Positions 26,301 to 39,788 of a stretch of 64,000 nucleotides of DNA are shown here, in pieces. The translations under genes were made by a program, and so were the position numbers. Numbering within the stretch: position 1 is the stretch's first letter; each line of letters begins with the position of its first letter. The notes beneath the pieces are model-generated. The model saw only the letters and a list, made by a program, of their open reading frames with translations, was not told the DNA's origin and did no database searches. Source of the stretch: Gordius albopunctatus (Eukaryota); NCBI GenBank assembly GCA_964276515.1, contig OZ193909.1, forward strand, positions 8,122,001 through 8,186,000, given 5' to 3'.

Positions 26301-29300
26301 CCGAACGCTGGAGATGGACGTGCCTGGAAGAAGAGGAAGGGGCAGACCACGTGCCACCTGGAAACGACTGGTCGAAAAGGATATGACGTCAAACAGATGG
26401 AAATTGGCATGGCATTCACACGACTCAGATGGAAGAGGCTGTTGAAAACGTACCCCACGTCTGTGGGATTTTCAACACGATAAAGAAGAATATGTTTATC
26501 AAAAATTTTTAAACCACACCCCCCTTAGACAATCCAGCACACACCACTTAAAAATAGTAATAAACCAAAAACTCCATTTCGGTATTAGTTGCGCCTTAAT
26601 TATTATCAAATTGATTTAAATTTTTCATGAGGACTGAATCTTTAAAAATATAAATTTTTACCTGCCAGTTATAACATTTCAGGTTGGCTAACATTGATTA
26701 ATTTACTAAATAAGTTTTTTTCGGTTAACTATAACTTATTCTCTCAAAAGAGATGACTTTGGTACATTAATATACATTTGCCGCCTTATATTTTATTAAT
26801 TGCTATGCAATTTTGTGGCTCGCTTTTTGTTGTCCGTTTTCCGTCCGCCCGTCCGTCCAACGTTGTGAATTGCAGGTTCGATACCCGAGGGCAAAAATTT
26901 TTTTTAAATTAAATTATTATTTTGTTCTTGTTAATATCATTGATAATATAACTTTTGACCATGTCCTGGCTACTGACCAATTAAAAAAATGACCATTGTC
27001 CAAGGTGAAGCAAATTTTTTTTCTTCTATATTTTAAATATAGGCTATTTGGCCGTTTGCTGGCTATTAACCAATAAAAAAGGGATCCATTGAAATTTTCA
27101 GATTGGTTTAATTCAGTTTAATCTAATTTTTTTACATTACTGCTAAAGTCTTTCATTAATTTTTACCGTACCTTCTCAAGATTTGAATATAGTTTTTGGA
27201 TTCCTTAAGTTTAATTAGGATGGCCATAGCCAAGTGAAAGGCAGGGAGGGGCGGCTGCTCCCCTCTAAATCTAAAAATTTGTAAATTTCTCAAAAATTAT
27301 CATTTTGCCCCTCCCTAAATCATTAATGCCCCCCTGTAATTCCAATGCTGGCTACGCCCATGCTAACTAGGATGATCCGTATTTTTTGAACATTTATTAA
27401 TTAAAATAAACCTTCGCAATAACATTTGGTTTTTTAAGAAGGCGGGGGGGATTTGATTGAAGAATAATTTGTTATATTTAATGTCCCTATTTTATCTGGT
27501 TATAGCAACTGCCTTTGTTATTATTGTAAACTTACCACCCCAAATATCTATTTATTGTTTAAAACTAGGCAAAAATATTTTTATTTTATTTACGTACATT
27601 TTATTTAGATGTCTTATATCTCCTTTTTTAGTTGAAATTAAAGTATTGACACCAAATCAGCATTTAAAATTAATTACCGCGCTCTTAAAATGCCTTGTAA
27701 CTGTGCATATATTGAGGGAGGGAGGGAAAGCAGTTAGCTACCGTAAAAATCACACGCTTTTTACTACTCTCCATCCAGCTCCCTTGATTACTAAATTTCA
27801 ACTCGCGCTCCCCTAGTTGAATTATAGTTCCAAATTTAGTGAGATCTTACCGTCATCCATGCGGGGAATGAGATTTAAAAAATTTAAGCCACCTTGAAAA
27901 ACCTTTTTGTTAATCTCCATTCTAATGTAATAACTAGTCTCTGTTAGGTCAATACTCAACTTTTGAAATTTCCAATTTTAAAATTTCTATGGAAAAATTA
28001 AATTAACCCGGAACCCTCTCGAAAAGTATTTAACCCTGGCAGACTGGTTGGCTTGAAGCCTTATCCTAAGCCACACGTTCATCGTTAGTTATTGTTTGAA
28101 CCTACTTTAAAATACGTTTTGGGTGACATTTTAAGATAAATTGCGATGTTGTTTTTAGAAATCATTTTTGTCCCATATACATACCCAGCTGCCTTATTAT
28201 AATATTATCTAAAATTTGTAAATTAAATGTGTGCTTATTAATTTTTTTTAGAAATAAGCTTATTTTCAAATCCCGCAAACTTTTCATCCCCATTTATTAA
28301 CACACAACTTTCCCAGATGTTTTAATTGCCCCTTAGTTGGTGCGAGATCGTTTTAATTCTATATTGATTTTTTGTTTTTGTCCATCTTATTCGTTGTAAA
28401 TCAAATCAATTTCTTATAACTTCTATAGATTTAATCATGGGTGTAGTCACGATTAAAAAATTTTTTTTTGGGTGGGGGGCAGTAATGATTTAGGGAGGGC
28501 GAAATTTTAGTCATAATTTTTTTAAATATTAATGTTTTTTAAATTTAGGGGGTGGGGCAGCCGCCACTTTATGCCTCTCCCTATGGCCTGGCTACGCAGG
28601 GGGAGACTGGAATTTATTATCATTGTGTAATTTAATTTTTACACGTTAAAAAATATCTCATTTATGTGAAAGAAAACCATGCATCATGCATGTTCAATTT
28701 CGAATAGCTTATAATTTCTCTAAACAAATAAGGTTAGCGTTAGATTTTGCAAGAACAAGATTTGAAAGCTTTATAATTCGTTTTTTTATGGAAAACCGTT
28801 GATTTATTTATTAACGAAGGAATCAAGAGTGGATAAATATTGTTAATTTATAATATTTCTCAATGGATTCAGTTAAAATATAACTACGAAAATTTTGCCT
28901 CTTGGCAAATCCAGGTCTTGAAAAATGGATCTGAATCACAAAAAATTAAAAATGCAATTTATGGGCTCCCTTTTTGTTGTCCGTCCGTCAAATCCCGGAA
29001 AGGACAAATTTTTTTTTTATTAAATGGAAAATTTGTATAAATAATTAACTAATCATTTTGCATTTTATACCCCCCTATAGGCATTCTCGCCCCTTCCCTT
29101 CCCACCTTTCTCGCCCATAAATTGCATAGAAAATATGCTACGTTTATACGGAGTATAGATGAGTTTCGTTCCCTCCTGCACCTCCCCCCCCTCCCCCTTC
29201 CCATGAGGGCCGAAGGCCAGAGTTTTTTGTATTAATATTTTGGTACAAAAAATTGACTTTATCAGTTCACATGTTTATATTAGACTAGCCTAGAAGACTT

Positions 29301-31376
29301 TAAAATATGGTTAAAACATAAAAAAGTGTTATGTCCATGAGTAGGTAGCTAGACGAAGAGTTTATGATTTATTAAATAACTTATATTCATAAATGTAGGA
29401 CTACATAGTGCAAATAATTTTGCTCATTATATATTAAAAGTTCACATATTTTTGTTAACTAAATCAGAATGAAATTAATAAAACAAGTGGCTTTCTTATT
29501 TGGCTAAATAAATTTTAATTTTATGCTATTATTAAGACATTATACAAGAATGCCAATACTTTTTGAATTTTAAAATTAGATTGCTGAGAATTATTGAAAA
29601 GTAGGGCAGGCTTGGGCTGAGCTGTAAATAATATAAGACAATTTAACTAGTTTTGGGTTCGGAAAATGAATTTAAAACACTGATTTTGCAAGACTCAATC
29701 CCTAACCTTTTCAAAAAGTACCCTGAAAAAATAGATGTAAGCGTTTGTTAGTTTAATGAATTTTTTTATTTGCCCATAGATTTTAATTAAAACAATTAAT
29801 AAATTAGCCGGGATTTTTATTTATAACTAATTTAGATCATTTTCCATTACCACTGTTTGTTATCCAATTTTTTGGATCATTAAATATAAATAGCCCCCGT
29901 AAATATCTTTTTTGGCATAACCTTATGTCTCTATATATTTTGTTGTAAATATTAGATATGTCTTCATTTTGATTCCTTTAAAAGGAAATACTCTCTTTGC
30001 AATTTTTAGATTTTAATTTATGCTGGCATGCATTAACCTAATTACACTATTGTTTTGGTTAACAAACATGTCAATAGAGAAAATTAAGGTTATGATGCGC
30101 ATCAATGTTTTTGGATTACAATGTATGCAGGTTACTTCAACATGGGCCCAGCCAAGACTGGATTTAGAGAAGGGGCAATAATGATTTAAGGAGGGGAAAA
30201 ATGATAAATGTAGCCACCATAATTATATTAAATTTTGAAGAATTTATGGAATAAGAGGGGAAGGGGCAGTCGCCCCTCTCTGCCACCCCCTGCTGGGTAC
30301 GCCTATATCCTTCAAGTTAAAAAGATTCCTATTAAATAAAATTTTGTATTTAGCATTTAACATTCAAAGTTAAGATAGTTAGGTCTAAAAATTATAATTT
30401 TTTATGTATATACATGTGTTTTTATTTATCATTAAATGTATCAGCGGTTTCTAACAACCTTTTATTTCCTCACTAAAAATGTAAGAATCTTAAACCAAGT
30501 GCGTTCGACATTTGGACGTAGCTGTTCTTTATGTGTCTATTTTTAAATATTTAACACATTCCACTATTTATTATTTATTCTTAACAACTGTTATACAAAT
30601 TTTAGAGTTTTTTTTTATTAAAAACTAAGTACTTTTAACTACTTTAAATTTTATATCATTTAATGCTAAAAGATATTCAAGAGTCCTTTTACGATAATAT
30701 TTAGTTTTGATGTTTAGTTCTTTTCTGTATTTAATATTTATTTGTTAGTATTTAAATTTATTGTCGCTTTCTTATATATTCTACTAGATGAACCCGGCAA
30801 GCGTTGTTTTGCATTTACCCGGGTGTATTAAATTATGTTGTAATTTTAGGGCATATATAAGTAAAAATAAAGTTTGGTGTCTATATGTTGTACTTCTATT
30901 GTTATATTTCCGTATACAGTGCAACGCGTACGAATACTCAAAAACTACTAGACCGATTTGGCTCAAACAAATCTTAAAACATGCTTCGGAGTGTCAGGAA
31001 TAAACTGTAAAATTTTGAGCCAAATCGGTCTGGTAGTTTTCCAAAATTGGTGGCGGCATACACACATAGTTTCATTTTTATATATAAGATAAGGTATTTA
31101 GGGGAAAATTTTATACTGTAATTTTTTGTTATCTAAACAATATAGGGGGACATAAGGGTCCGAAAAATATATAAATTCTTACAACATTTCGTAAAATTGA
31201 ACGGTAAATAATATAACTTTTTAGTTGAAAAAGTACATGATATATAATTATTTTACCTTCTTTGCTGCGAATTCTTGATAATTGATTCCAACTTTCTTTT
31301 TAACATTTTCCCAAGCATCGTTCCCCAAACTTTTACATATATAGTTAGCAATGGATTCCAGCAATAAACCATACAT
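17365..31376 (-). CDS. Atypical soluble guanylate cyclase (Gyc88E-like; H-NOX, PAS, coiled coil, cyclase), about 605 aa; exons 31376-31257, 21564-21424, 21319-21252, 21089-21004, 20961-20879, 20681-20524, 20397-20277, 20213-20096, 20054-19958, 19721-19592, 19081-18938, 18895-18749, 18116-17960, 17875-17766, 17624-17532, 17409-17365
   Basis: Spliced CDS is 1818 nt and open. Motifs [28 protein letters not shown] (proximal His), [14 protein letters not shown] (YxSxR), [80 protein letters not shown]. Confidence 0.93.
18370..18595 (-). mobile_element. Fragment of a restriction-like endonuclease domain of a CRE/R2-type non-LTR retrotransposon, in sGC intron 12
   Basis: Translates to [14 protein letters not shown]...[26 protein letters not shown], matching the WD.T..D / K..KY / F.P...ET.G..G..A pattern of these endonucleases. 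Confidence 0.65.
19122..19536. mobile_element. TIR element (TAGTGTT.TAAAAACGGCTG family) in sGC intron 10
   Basis: 20-bp ends match 17/20 as inverted repeats. The same terminus recurs near 35988. No clear TSD. Confidence 0.55.
21866..22722 (-). mobile_element. Helentron-associated non-autonomous element (HINE/DINE-1-like) in sGC intron 1
   Basis: Inverted sub-terminal repeats TTGCTAT(A/G)CAATTTATGGG (21964 and about 22699-22717), terminal GC stem-loop (CTCGGGCCTTCGGCACTCG) next to an A/T run, and internal duplicated modules with GGGTTCGAATCCCGG. Confidence 0.7.
23436..26490 (+). mobile_element. Near full-length RTE-clade LINE (single APE-RT ORF from 23518, inactivated) in sGC intron 1, antisense to the host
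   Basis: ORFs at 23518, 24184, 24637 and 25129 are one reading frame broken by stops at 24178, 24610 and 25111. APE motifs (WNVGTL, LQETRW, QVDYILV) and RT motifs ([27 protein letters not shown]), [13 protein letters not shown], and a (GAA)n tail. Confidence 0.95.
26795..27090 (+). mobile_element. HINE-like element, 5' fragment
   Basis: ATTAATTGCTATGCAATTT sub-terminal repeat followed by a (CCGT)n-like microsatellite and the GCTACTGACCAAT module of the 21866 family. Confidence 0.6.
27219..27362. mobile_element. Short hAT-type MITE (CATGGGCGTAGCC family)
   Basis: Right TIR CTGGCTACGCCCATG, degenerate left TIR, TSD TTAATTAG / CTAACTAG. Related copies near 28436-28598 and 11725. Confidence 0.7.
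28952..29228 (+). mobile_element. Short internally deleted HINE-like element
   Basis: ATGCAATTTATGGG...CCGTCCGTC...CCCATAAATTGCATAG...GGGCCGAAGGCC then a T run: both sub-terminal repeats and the terminal stem-loop are present. Confidence 0.7.
30141..30307. mobile_element. Short hAT-type MITE (CATGGGCGTAGCC family)
   Basis: Degenerate TIRs, TSD TACTTCAA / TCCTTCAA. Confidence 0.65.
30784..31089 (-). mobile_element. Non-autonomous Helitron
   Basis: Minus strand starts TC(TTATATATA) after an A and ends CTAG before a T, with a GC-rich segment just inside the 3' end. A partial second copy lies at about 40375-40530. Confidence 0.7.
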
Positions 31377-34300
31377 TTTATTTGTTTAATGATGTTTCTT
31401 TAATTAATTAAAGTTAAAAAAATATAATAATTGTTTCATAATTATATTTTTAGCAATCAAAAATATAAATACCTTTTGTAGTTATACTAGAGGTCTAATA
31501 TGTCCAATTTGTTATAATTATTATTTTTTAATTTTCAGAATAAAATTAAAATATGCTCATTCTAATTCATTTAATGGCATTTTCTATAATCTTTCGTGCT
31601 ATCAAAACGTAACGGAAAAGTTTTAAGTGGAAAAAAATTTATATGCAATTTACCTGCTAATATACTATAATTAACTGTTATATTTAAATCGATATTAATG
31701 GTTATAAATCATCAAAACGCCTAACAAAAAAACGTAACGATAACTTTGCATGAATTATTTTAAAAAAGTTTTAATAGGAAATGGCTTATTAAATAACTTT
31801 ATAAAATAAATTACCTAATTTTGTTTAAGGTGTATTTTTAATATGTATAATTTTTGTGCTTTATTGCAATTGGCTTTTACGGGACACTTAGAATATATAG
31901 ATGATAAATTTTTAAGATGAAAATAGAATAAGAATGGCAAGAGAAGGAAAAGATATATATTGGAAAAATTTCCCTCCTATTAAAATTATTGACGTTTGGT
32001 CTAGAGTCAAGTGATTTATTAAATTTTGATTAATGTTATAGTATAATTAAACTCGTATCAATAAATTTGCCAATATAAAAACATTAATATAAAAACATTT
32101 TTTTTGAAATAATAAAACGCTATCGCAATTTTCGAATGTTTACCTCGCATATGATTTTCATAGTTGTTTATAGTTTCATTTAATAAAAAAATATATTATT
32201 TCAAAACATTTTATTTTAGCTAATTTATGTTGAATTGTTTAAGTGAGTATAACTAAACGAATTTTAAACACCGGTTCTAATTTAAGTTGCAACCGAATTC
32301 ACTAAAATTAAAACTTTTCAACATACCTATTATTTTAATATATCTTAAATACCAAAAGTGACTAAAGGGATACTAATATATGCTTATTTTTAAAAACTAA
32401 TCCGGGTTCCTTATACTAAATAATCCTAATATAACTTAATGTTATGTCATAATTTACCTTTTATTTAATAATATTAAGGATTCTTTTTTTGCCCTATTTT
32501 ATAAAATTTCCAATATATTTATAAAATGGATATTTTTAATTATTTTTAATATCAATTCAATAAATATTTGAGTGTCAAATGTTATATTTTAAGTCTAAAA
32601 TTGAAAAAACTTTATTAAAAATGAATATATAAATACAAATATATATAAATATAAATAAGTAAAACTGAAAAAACTTTTCACTGATAGCCTCATTCAAATA
32701 CACATCCAATTTCCTGCCAAAAATGCTAAAATAGAGTCGAAATTATATCAAAAGGGCTTTACCATAACATTACCCTTTTACGCGTTAAACTAATTAAAGT
32801 GATGTAGAACGGAAAGGTGTAATAGGTTTTAATTTAAAAAGCAATTTAATGAGACTAAATTAAAGAAGTGCTTAATGGTACGATACTTATTTTTATTTAA
32901 TGAATATTATGGCTCCTAATGGCTACAATTATTTTTAATAATATGCGCTAAAAAATCGATATCTAAATTGTTAAGTTTCTCATTTATCGCCCATGCGCCA
33001 TATAATTTTTTGGCTTCTATCGATATAAAATAAAAATGAAAATGTGAAACTGCAAAAATACTGGAATAATTTTTCTGAACAAATTATCAATCAGATCCGT
33101 GTCAGCTTTAACATATAAAGCTTATCAATATAAATATATAAAAAAATCGCCAAGAAATGCCAGCCATATAGCTTATAACTTACAATATATTAGTTTGCTG
33201 TTCGATAAATTAGAAAGATGTCATAGTTTTGATCAATTTTTATAATATGGCTTCTTTTGAGCTTACTAAAGAAGCCGAGGTTCGAACCTGTAATTTTTGT
33301 CGAATAAAAATTGTGACTTACCTAGAAGATCAAAATATTAGTTTAAATGACGGAACAAGATATTTTAACTAAAAATGACATGTTTAACAAAAACAATTTG
33401 ATCCCAACTATAAATTATGACTAAAAGTATCTAAGTCTATATAAAGTAATCGAGCAATTTTATTAAAACTACAATCGTTTTTCTAAATTATCGACTATCA
33501 CACATGCTTAAATCAGGCAGGTTCACATAAATTTAAATCCAATGGCCTTTAAGGCCTTTAAATTTCAGCTTAAAATAGCTTTTTGATCAGCCTTAAGCTG
33601 AATCAATTTACTTGCTTCATACATTTGCTCGTAGCAAAGTTACTTTTATATCCGCAACAAGTTTTATAACCGCAACTTATGATTTTGAATCCTTTATTTA
33701 ATAAATCAAATTGTACAATTGGGTTATACAATATAAATCAATAAGATATCAGATAAAGTTTCCCGATATATATAAAAGTATGGAATGGACGATGGCCGTG
33801 GAGAAGAAGTATCCGCGTAACCAATCGGTTAGAATGAGGGAAGTCAACGGTTAACAAATAAGGTATTGGGTTAGGGGCGTTGGTTTCTTTGTGGGGAATC
33901 GCAGTTACTTGTAGAGAAGAAGAGAAAAATAAGATTGAAAAAACAGTGTAACAAACCAGCCTTAAAAACCCTGTCGAAGCGCCTCTCATTTGAATGAGGG
34001 ATGCTTCCAAACCTGTCGAAGCGCTTCTCATCTGCATGAGGGATTCTTCCCGACAGTTCGATATACTGCCCGTCTCCACTAACTTGAGGCCTGCCATTTA
34101 CATAGCTGTTTACTTCTAATTCACATAACAGAATATTTTACCCATTACTTTAAGCCTTATTTCTCTCACTAATTTGCATAAGCGCAAAGGCATCAAAAAA
34201 TATTATGTTTTAAGTTTATTTTTGTTGACTTATAGTTATAACCAAAACTTAGCTTAACGTGGCTTGAGTAGATCTCAAAATATTACAATTGATTGCAAAA

Positions 34301-34970
34301 CTTTAAATAAGGACATTAGATTTTCTAATTCAGCGATTATAATTTTTCTTAATTAATTTAAATACAATCAGATTGATTTCCTCCATATACGAGGATTGCA
34401 CGGCTCTCCAATTTCTTGTGGAGAAAATTTAAATAATGGCTCTATGCTATCTACTTATTTAAATAATGAATTCATACTGCTAATATTTTTACTGCTTTAA
34501 ACCCTCCTCTTACAATTTTAATTGCTACATTTACAACCTATGAATTAAAGAATCCATTCTCTTGCCCAACCTTCTCTCGCTATATCACCCCTCCCCCCTT
34601 CATCAATAAGCTGAATCCCCCCCCTCTAAACGGTAGTATCTTCCATCCTCTTAGCGTGTGTAGGTATTAACTAAATTACAAGAGAGTTTGAGTTTATGCA
34701 GGCTAGTGAATTAGTCTTATTTTATAGTCATAAATAAATAATTCATATTCTTCACTATTGTTTGTTATAGAATGTTAATACCAATTTTAATAAAAATTAA
34801 TTGTTTTTAAAGAAATATAAGTAAAAAAGCAGTTATTTTTTTAAGCTTTGCCAGCTTTAATTTAACAGTTAACTAATAGTTAGCAAAATATAAGTAAAAC
34901 TAATTTTAGATCAAATGATGTCTTACTTTGAACCATATGACTTGAGTTAACATTGTCTAAGTTTTCTACA

Positions 34971-37900
34971 ATGGATGATGGATTAATTGAGTTGGCTGAT
35001 CCTTTATTAAACAGGTAATTTTAAATATGTGCTTCGAGTAATATTTTATATAGAAATGCGGGGTTTGGAGATAACAAGGATTCATTTGTAAAAATTAATG
35101 AGTAAAGAATATATAAATTTTTCATGTTAATGAATTTATAGGACCTATATAAACAAACCTGATTTTTCCCAAAAGAGCCTCTACATTACACGTTCATACA
35201 ATAAAATTATAAATTGGACCTCAAACTCGGATGTTTATAACTTCAATCACAAAAATAGAGGAAAAGCTATAATTATTAACAATCGTGATTTTCACTCCTA
35301 CACAAATCTTTCAACAAGAGTTGGTACAGATCAGGATGCAAAATTAGCCAGAGAAACCTTTTCAAAATTAGGTTTTGATGTTTTGATATATGAAAATTTG
35401 AGCAGCTCTCAAATGGTCCAATTGCTATCTTTAGGTAACACTTGTAATTTATATGATTTATCAATCAAAAATTATAGGATATAGATTGCTTTGTACATAA
35501 ATACTTTCTTATATATAAATTGTTATGCAATTTATTGGCTTTATATATAAGGTAATGTAAATTTTGTTTTAATTTATTTATATTATAGTACAAAGTTGAT
35601 ATTATTATATACAATTTTTGGCCATTTCATATTAATATTTTTCAGTTTAAATCTGCCAATATGCTAATAATATAAATATCAAACATAAAGCCTTACCTAT
35701 TTGCACACTCAAATTAGGTTGTAATTTAGCTTTAGTTAACTTTACATAAATTACATATTTATTCAATTCATTCCAATTTTCCCAAAATTTTAGCAAGTAC
35801 AGAAGACTTTTCGGAATCGGATTGCTTCGTTTGCCTCATCATGAGCCACGGAGAAGAGGGATATATTTGGGGCACGGACAACACGTTGAAATTGCAGCAC
35901 TTGACCGCAAAGTTTCGTGGTGACCGGTGCAAAACTTTAATCGGCAAACCTAAAATGTTTTTCGTTCAGGTATAATAATATAAATACTAGTGTTGTAAAA
36001 ACGGGTGGGGATTTTGTTTGGTGGACCTTAGGTTTTAGTCGACTTCTTAACATAAACAGGCTAAAGGTTGTTTGACCAAAAAATCATCTTTGGTCTGCAT
36101 ATACAACAACTAAGAAAAATAGAGTAAAAAACCTTCAAAACCGACCTAGATAGTTCCAAGTTTCCAAGTCAGTTGGTACATATAAGCATTTATTAAATTG
36201 TATCATATATTGTTAAAAGTTTTTTTGTAAAAATTAAAAAATATTATATATGTAAAATCCAAACATTAGTTTAGTCAAGGGCATACCAAGTTATTTTTGA
36301 TTAAATTTTGTTTAAAAAAAGGGAAATCTTGATGATGTTTCAACTGTTGTCATGAGATTTGACAAAATAGCTAAGACATCTCTGAATCTGTTGTTTCTTA
36401 CTTCCTTATTTAACCCTAGGCCACCTTTAAGTGGAAGAAGAATAGCAGCAACGACATTCTCGTTGTCATATAGATTAGCAAATCTTAACTTGTTCAAAAC
36501 AAAATATTTCATAACATCACCTATCTTTGATTCCCTTCAATTTCACTTACTTCCCCAAATTTAATCCGCCATAAAATTTTGTAAGTCGCCTTTAATCAAA
36601 AAGAAGTGTTTTTGAAAGAAATACCAAGTGTTCTTCTATCTAGTAATTGTGGAGCACATAATATGCTAACCAATCTTTTTAACTAACTCTTAAGCTTGCG
36701 TCGATTATTTCGAAATTTTTGCATAAAGTGTGATTAATTTTGTCCTTGGAGGGTATAAAGAGTCCTGTTGTTTTAATCAGAATTAAAGTGTGATAAGGGC
36801 ATATAATTTGGCAAAAATAATTATTACCTGGTTAAGATGTATAAAATTTGTTTTTAGAAAAAATCTAGATACTTGGACCCGTGATCTGCCTAAATAGTCT
36901 CCAAGTTCCTAATTACCCATTTTATAAACTATCTAATTCCAGAAATTTGATCGTGGAACTAGTTACTTTAACAACTCCACAAATTAATTAACATCATACT
37001 ACTTTGAGTAAAATTTTAATACCTTTAAAACATTCAATAGGCGTGTAATTTCAAACTGTCGCATTTTTGTATTATATATTCTTTTCTATTTGACGGAAGA
37101 ATTTAATTGTTTGTTAAAATTGTACACATTTATAAAGGAATTTAGCTCAACAAAACTCTTTTTCTACATATTTGGCAGATAGAAGTTATTATACCATTCT
37201 TTTTAAATTATTTTAATACAATTCTATATGAGAGTATCATAAACGTTTTTAAAAGCACCCTTGGCAGGAAAATCTGTACCTCTGCCGACTAGCATGATTA
37301 AGAGTAGGAAACATTGGATAGGTGGGCCGGGCCGGGCAACTGTCGTAAATTTTTACTTTCGGGCGGGTCCGGGCGGGCACCATAACAAGATTCCGGCAAT
37401 TCGGGCTCAATTTTGTTTTTAAAATAATGTATTATATTGTTTTTGTGTATATTTTGCCACATTTTTAATTGATTTCATAATTTTTGTTAATCCTAGTTCT
37501 CATTTAAAAAAAATCTAAAAGTAAGATGAAATTTTTAAAAAATATAACGATATTAGTGCTAAAAATTTTAAACACCAGGTGCAAATCTTAGGGCCAAGTA
37601 TTTACAAGTAACTTTATGATTTTAACATTTATTAGGCTTGCCGTGGCACTCTTCTCGATGACGGAGTTGAGCATACGGACAATGATGAGGTGGATGCCAA
37701 AGTTATCCATAGAATTCCGGTCGAATCGGATTTCTTGATTGTGTATTCGTCTGTCGATGGTAATTACATATTAAATATATTCCTTTGATTTCAATGTGGT
37801 GTTACGGGCTAATTTTTTTAAATTAATATCACGTATCAAGTATTGCTTTGCTTTGTACGACTCATTTTAATTCGATTCAAAAGTTTTTAGGAACAAAATG

Positions 37901-39009
37901 CACCAAAATTTGAGTCAACAACGCAATTACTTTCAAAAATATGACAAAAATAGTGAAATCCATAAAACGCTCCCGAACGTGATTTTGGCCCTTTAAACCT
38001 CCATAACTTAAAAATTATTGGTACTAAATGGCTAAAACTTTCAGAAATTACTCTAATAAATGGGGCCTACACCCTCACCAAAAATTAGGTCGAAAACGTT
38101 TTGATTTGTCATGGAATCATTAAAAGTGTAATTAAAACATTGGAGGAGGGGGGGGGTGCTTCAACATGTTATTATAAAAATGGTCAAGCTAAAATTATGA
38201 AGTTAATTTAAATTTTAACAAACTTAATCTTACTATCTGTAGAACTTTTGTGTTATAAGCTGATGATACCTAAAATATAAAGTATTGGTTTTCACAACCC
38301 TGTCAAAAAATGGGTCATAATGGCCCATTAATAACTTTATCACTCGATCAAAGCAACTTATAACTAAACTATAATTAATCGATAGAGTGTTTATCATATT
38401 TTTCGGAAATTCTAGGTAAAACGTGGCGGACGAATGAGATTTCAAGGCTATGAATTCTTAGCTTTCTCATTTAGTCAATTAAAAACCCACCTCTCTTCTC
38501 TATAAACAAATTAAATATGCTGTCTGGGGTTAAGATTTTTTTAATTTTGAGGCGGGACTTTTGAAAACCAATAAAATATTGAAAATCTTTTTACAGTCAG
38601 ACAGTCGTTAATAAAACCTAAGCAGACTTTTACAGAATTTCTAATATGATTAAAAGTCGTGTTTCATTATTAAATTTATATGAAATGGTGGTGACACCCA
38701 TCAATCATTCAACGAAGCAAGATAATCTTTGCAGCATATAATCGGATGACTTTTGACCTCGTTATATCTTATGCAGGTTACTACTCGTGGCGTAATTGTT
38801 CCGACGGATCGTGGTTCATCCAAAGCTTGTGCAAAGCTCTGTTACAGTATTCGGACAAGTTGGACATACTGCGAATTTTGACGCGAGTTAATCGCATGGT
38901 TGGAGAGTTTGAATCCAATACCGCTGACGTTGAATGGCACAAGAAAAAACAATCTCCTTCAGTAGTCTCGATGCTCACCAAAGATCTTTACTTTGTTGCA
39001 CCAAATTAA
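34971..39009 (+). CDS. Effector caspase (caspase-3/7-like, short prodomain); exons 34971-35014, 35054-35101, 35142-35434, 35794-35969, 37636-37759, 38777-39009
   Basis: In-frame GT-AG splicing gives [31 protein letters not shown] (catalytic His), [13 protein letters not shown] (catalytic Cys), [42 protein letters not shown]. The two small 5' exons are less certain. Confidence 0.94.
36290..36980 (-). mobile_element. Decayed hAT remnant in caspase intron 4
   Basis: [18 protein letters not shown] resembles RFPDLYYDDNIIEAVLLP (56100 element) and LSAAILHP (9074 element). The right end GGAACTAGTTACTTTAACAACTCCA resembles the hAT terminus GAACTAGTTCCTTTAACAGCTCTA. Confidence 0.6.
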
Positions 39010-39788
39010 TCTCATCGCGTTTTTGTACTTTATTTACTTCAAAGTGCCCCGCACTTTAAAAACATGTATTTAGGTAGAGGCATTTATTTTTTTATACATT
39101 TTTTGGTAACGACATCCTTTATATTTTTTACACAATTATTTGTATGCTAGATATTACACCCTTTATTCGCATTCCTCGTATTTAGCTATAATTAATTTAA
39201 GTTGTCTCACTTTATATGCATCCTAATTTTGCACCGTGTAAAATTGAATGTGCATAAATTTTCTATGACTCACATATTTCGTTGAGAATCAAACTCCTTC
39301 GGATTTTGCCAGGAGACACGTCTTGACCCCAACTCGCGCTTTCGTCTCCAGATCTCGGTTGGTTTTTTAACTTAGGTTCTTCTAAAATTTATTATTTAAG
39401 GTGAATTTGTGATTCCCCCTTAATAAATACAAACTGTTAATTAATCGATATGGGGCTGGGCATAGTGGTATAGACTTTGTTTTTAAAACAAGAGCTCGCT
39501 GTAGGAACCAGACTCGGAGCATTTTCTTTTGAAAGTCAGGCCCGAATTGCCCGGTGTCACCCCTCATTCAATATCTAAAAGCTATAGGAAATGGTTTTAT
39601 TGAATAATAGGGCATACATGTATTTATTTAAAATACTAGTTAGAAGCACATGATCTAATAAACAATTTTAAGGTTTTATACAAAAATATCCTTTGAGAGG
39701 CCTATACCCTTTTAATTATTTTTGTATAGCCAGCGTGCAAACAAATTAACCACTTGAACACTACATTTTTGCTTAGAAATAATGCACT

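Noticed and set aside
27457..27816. 119-aa hydrophobic ORF in sGC intron 1
   Set aside because: TTG start, AT-driven composition and no domain signature; probably a chance ORF.
33738..34097. 119-aa ORF with a 14-aa repeat, or a solo LTR
   Set aside because: The peptide repeat just reflects the 42-bp DNA duplication. TG...CA ends can be chosen but no TSD supports an LTR.
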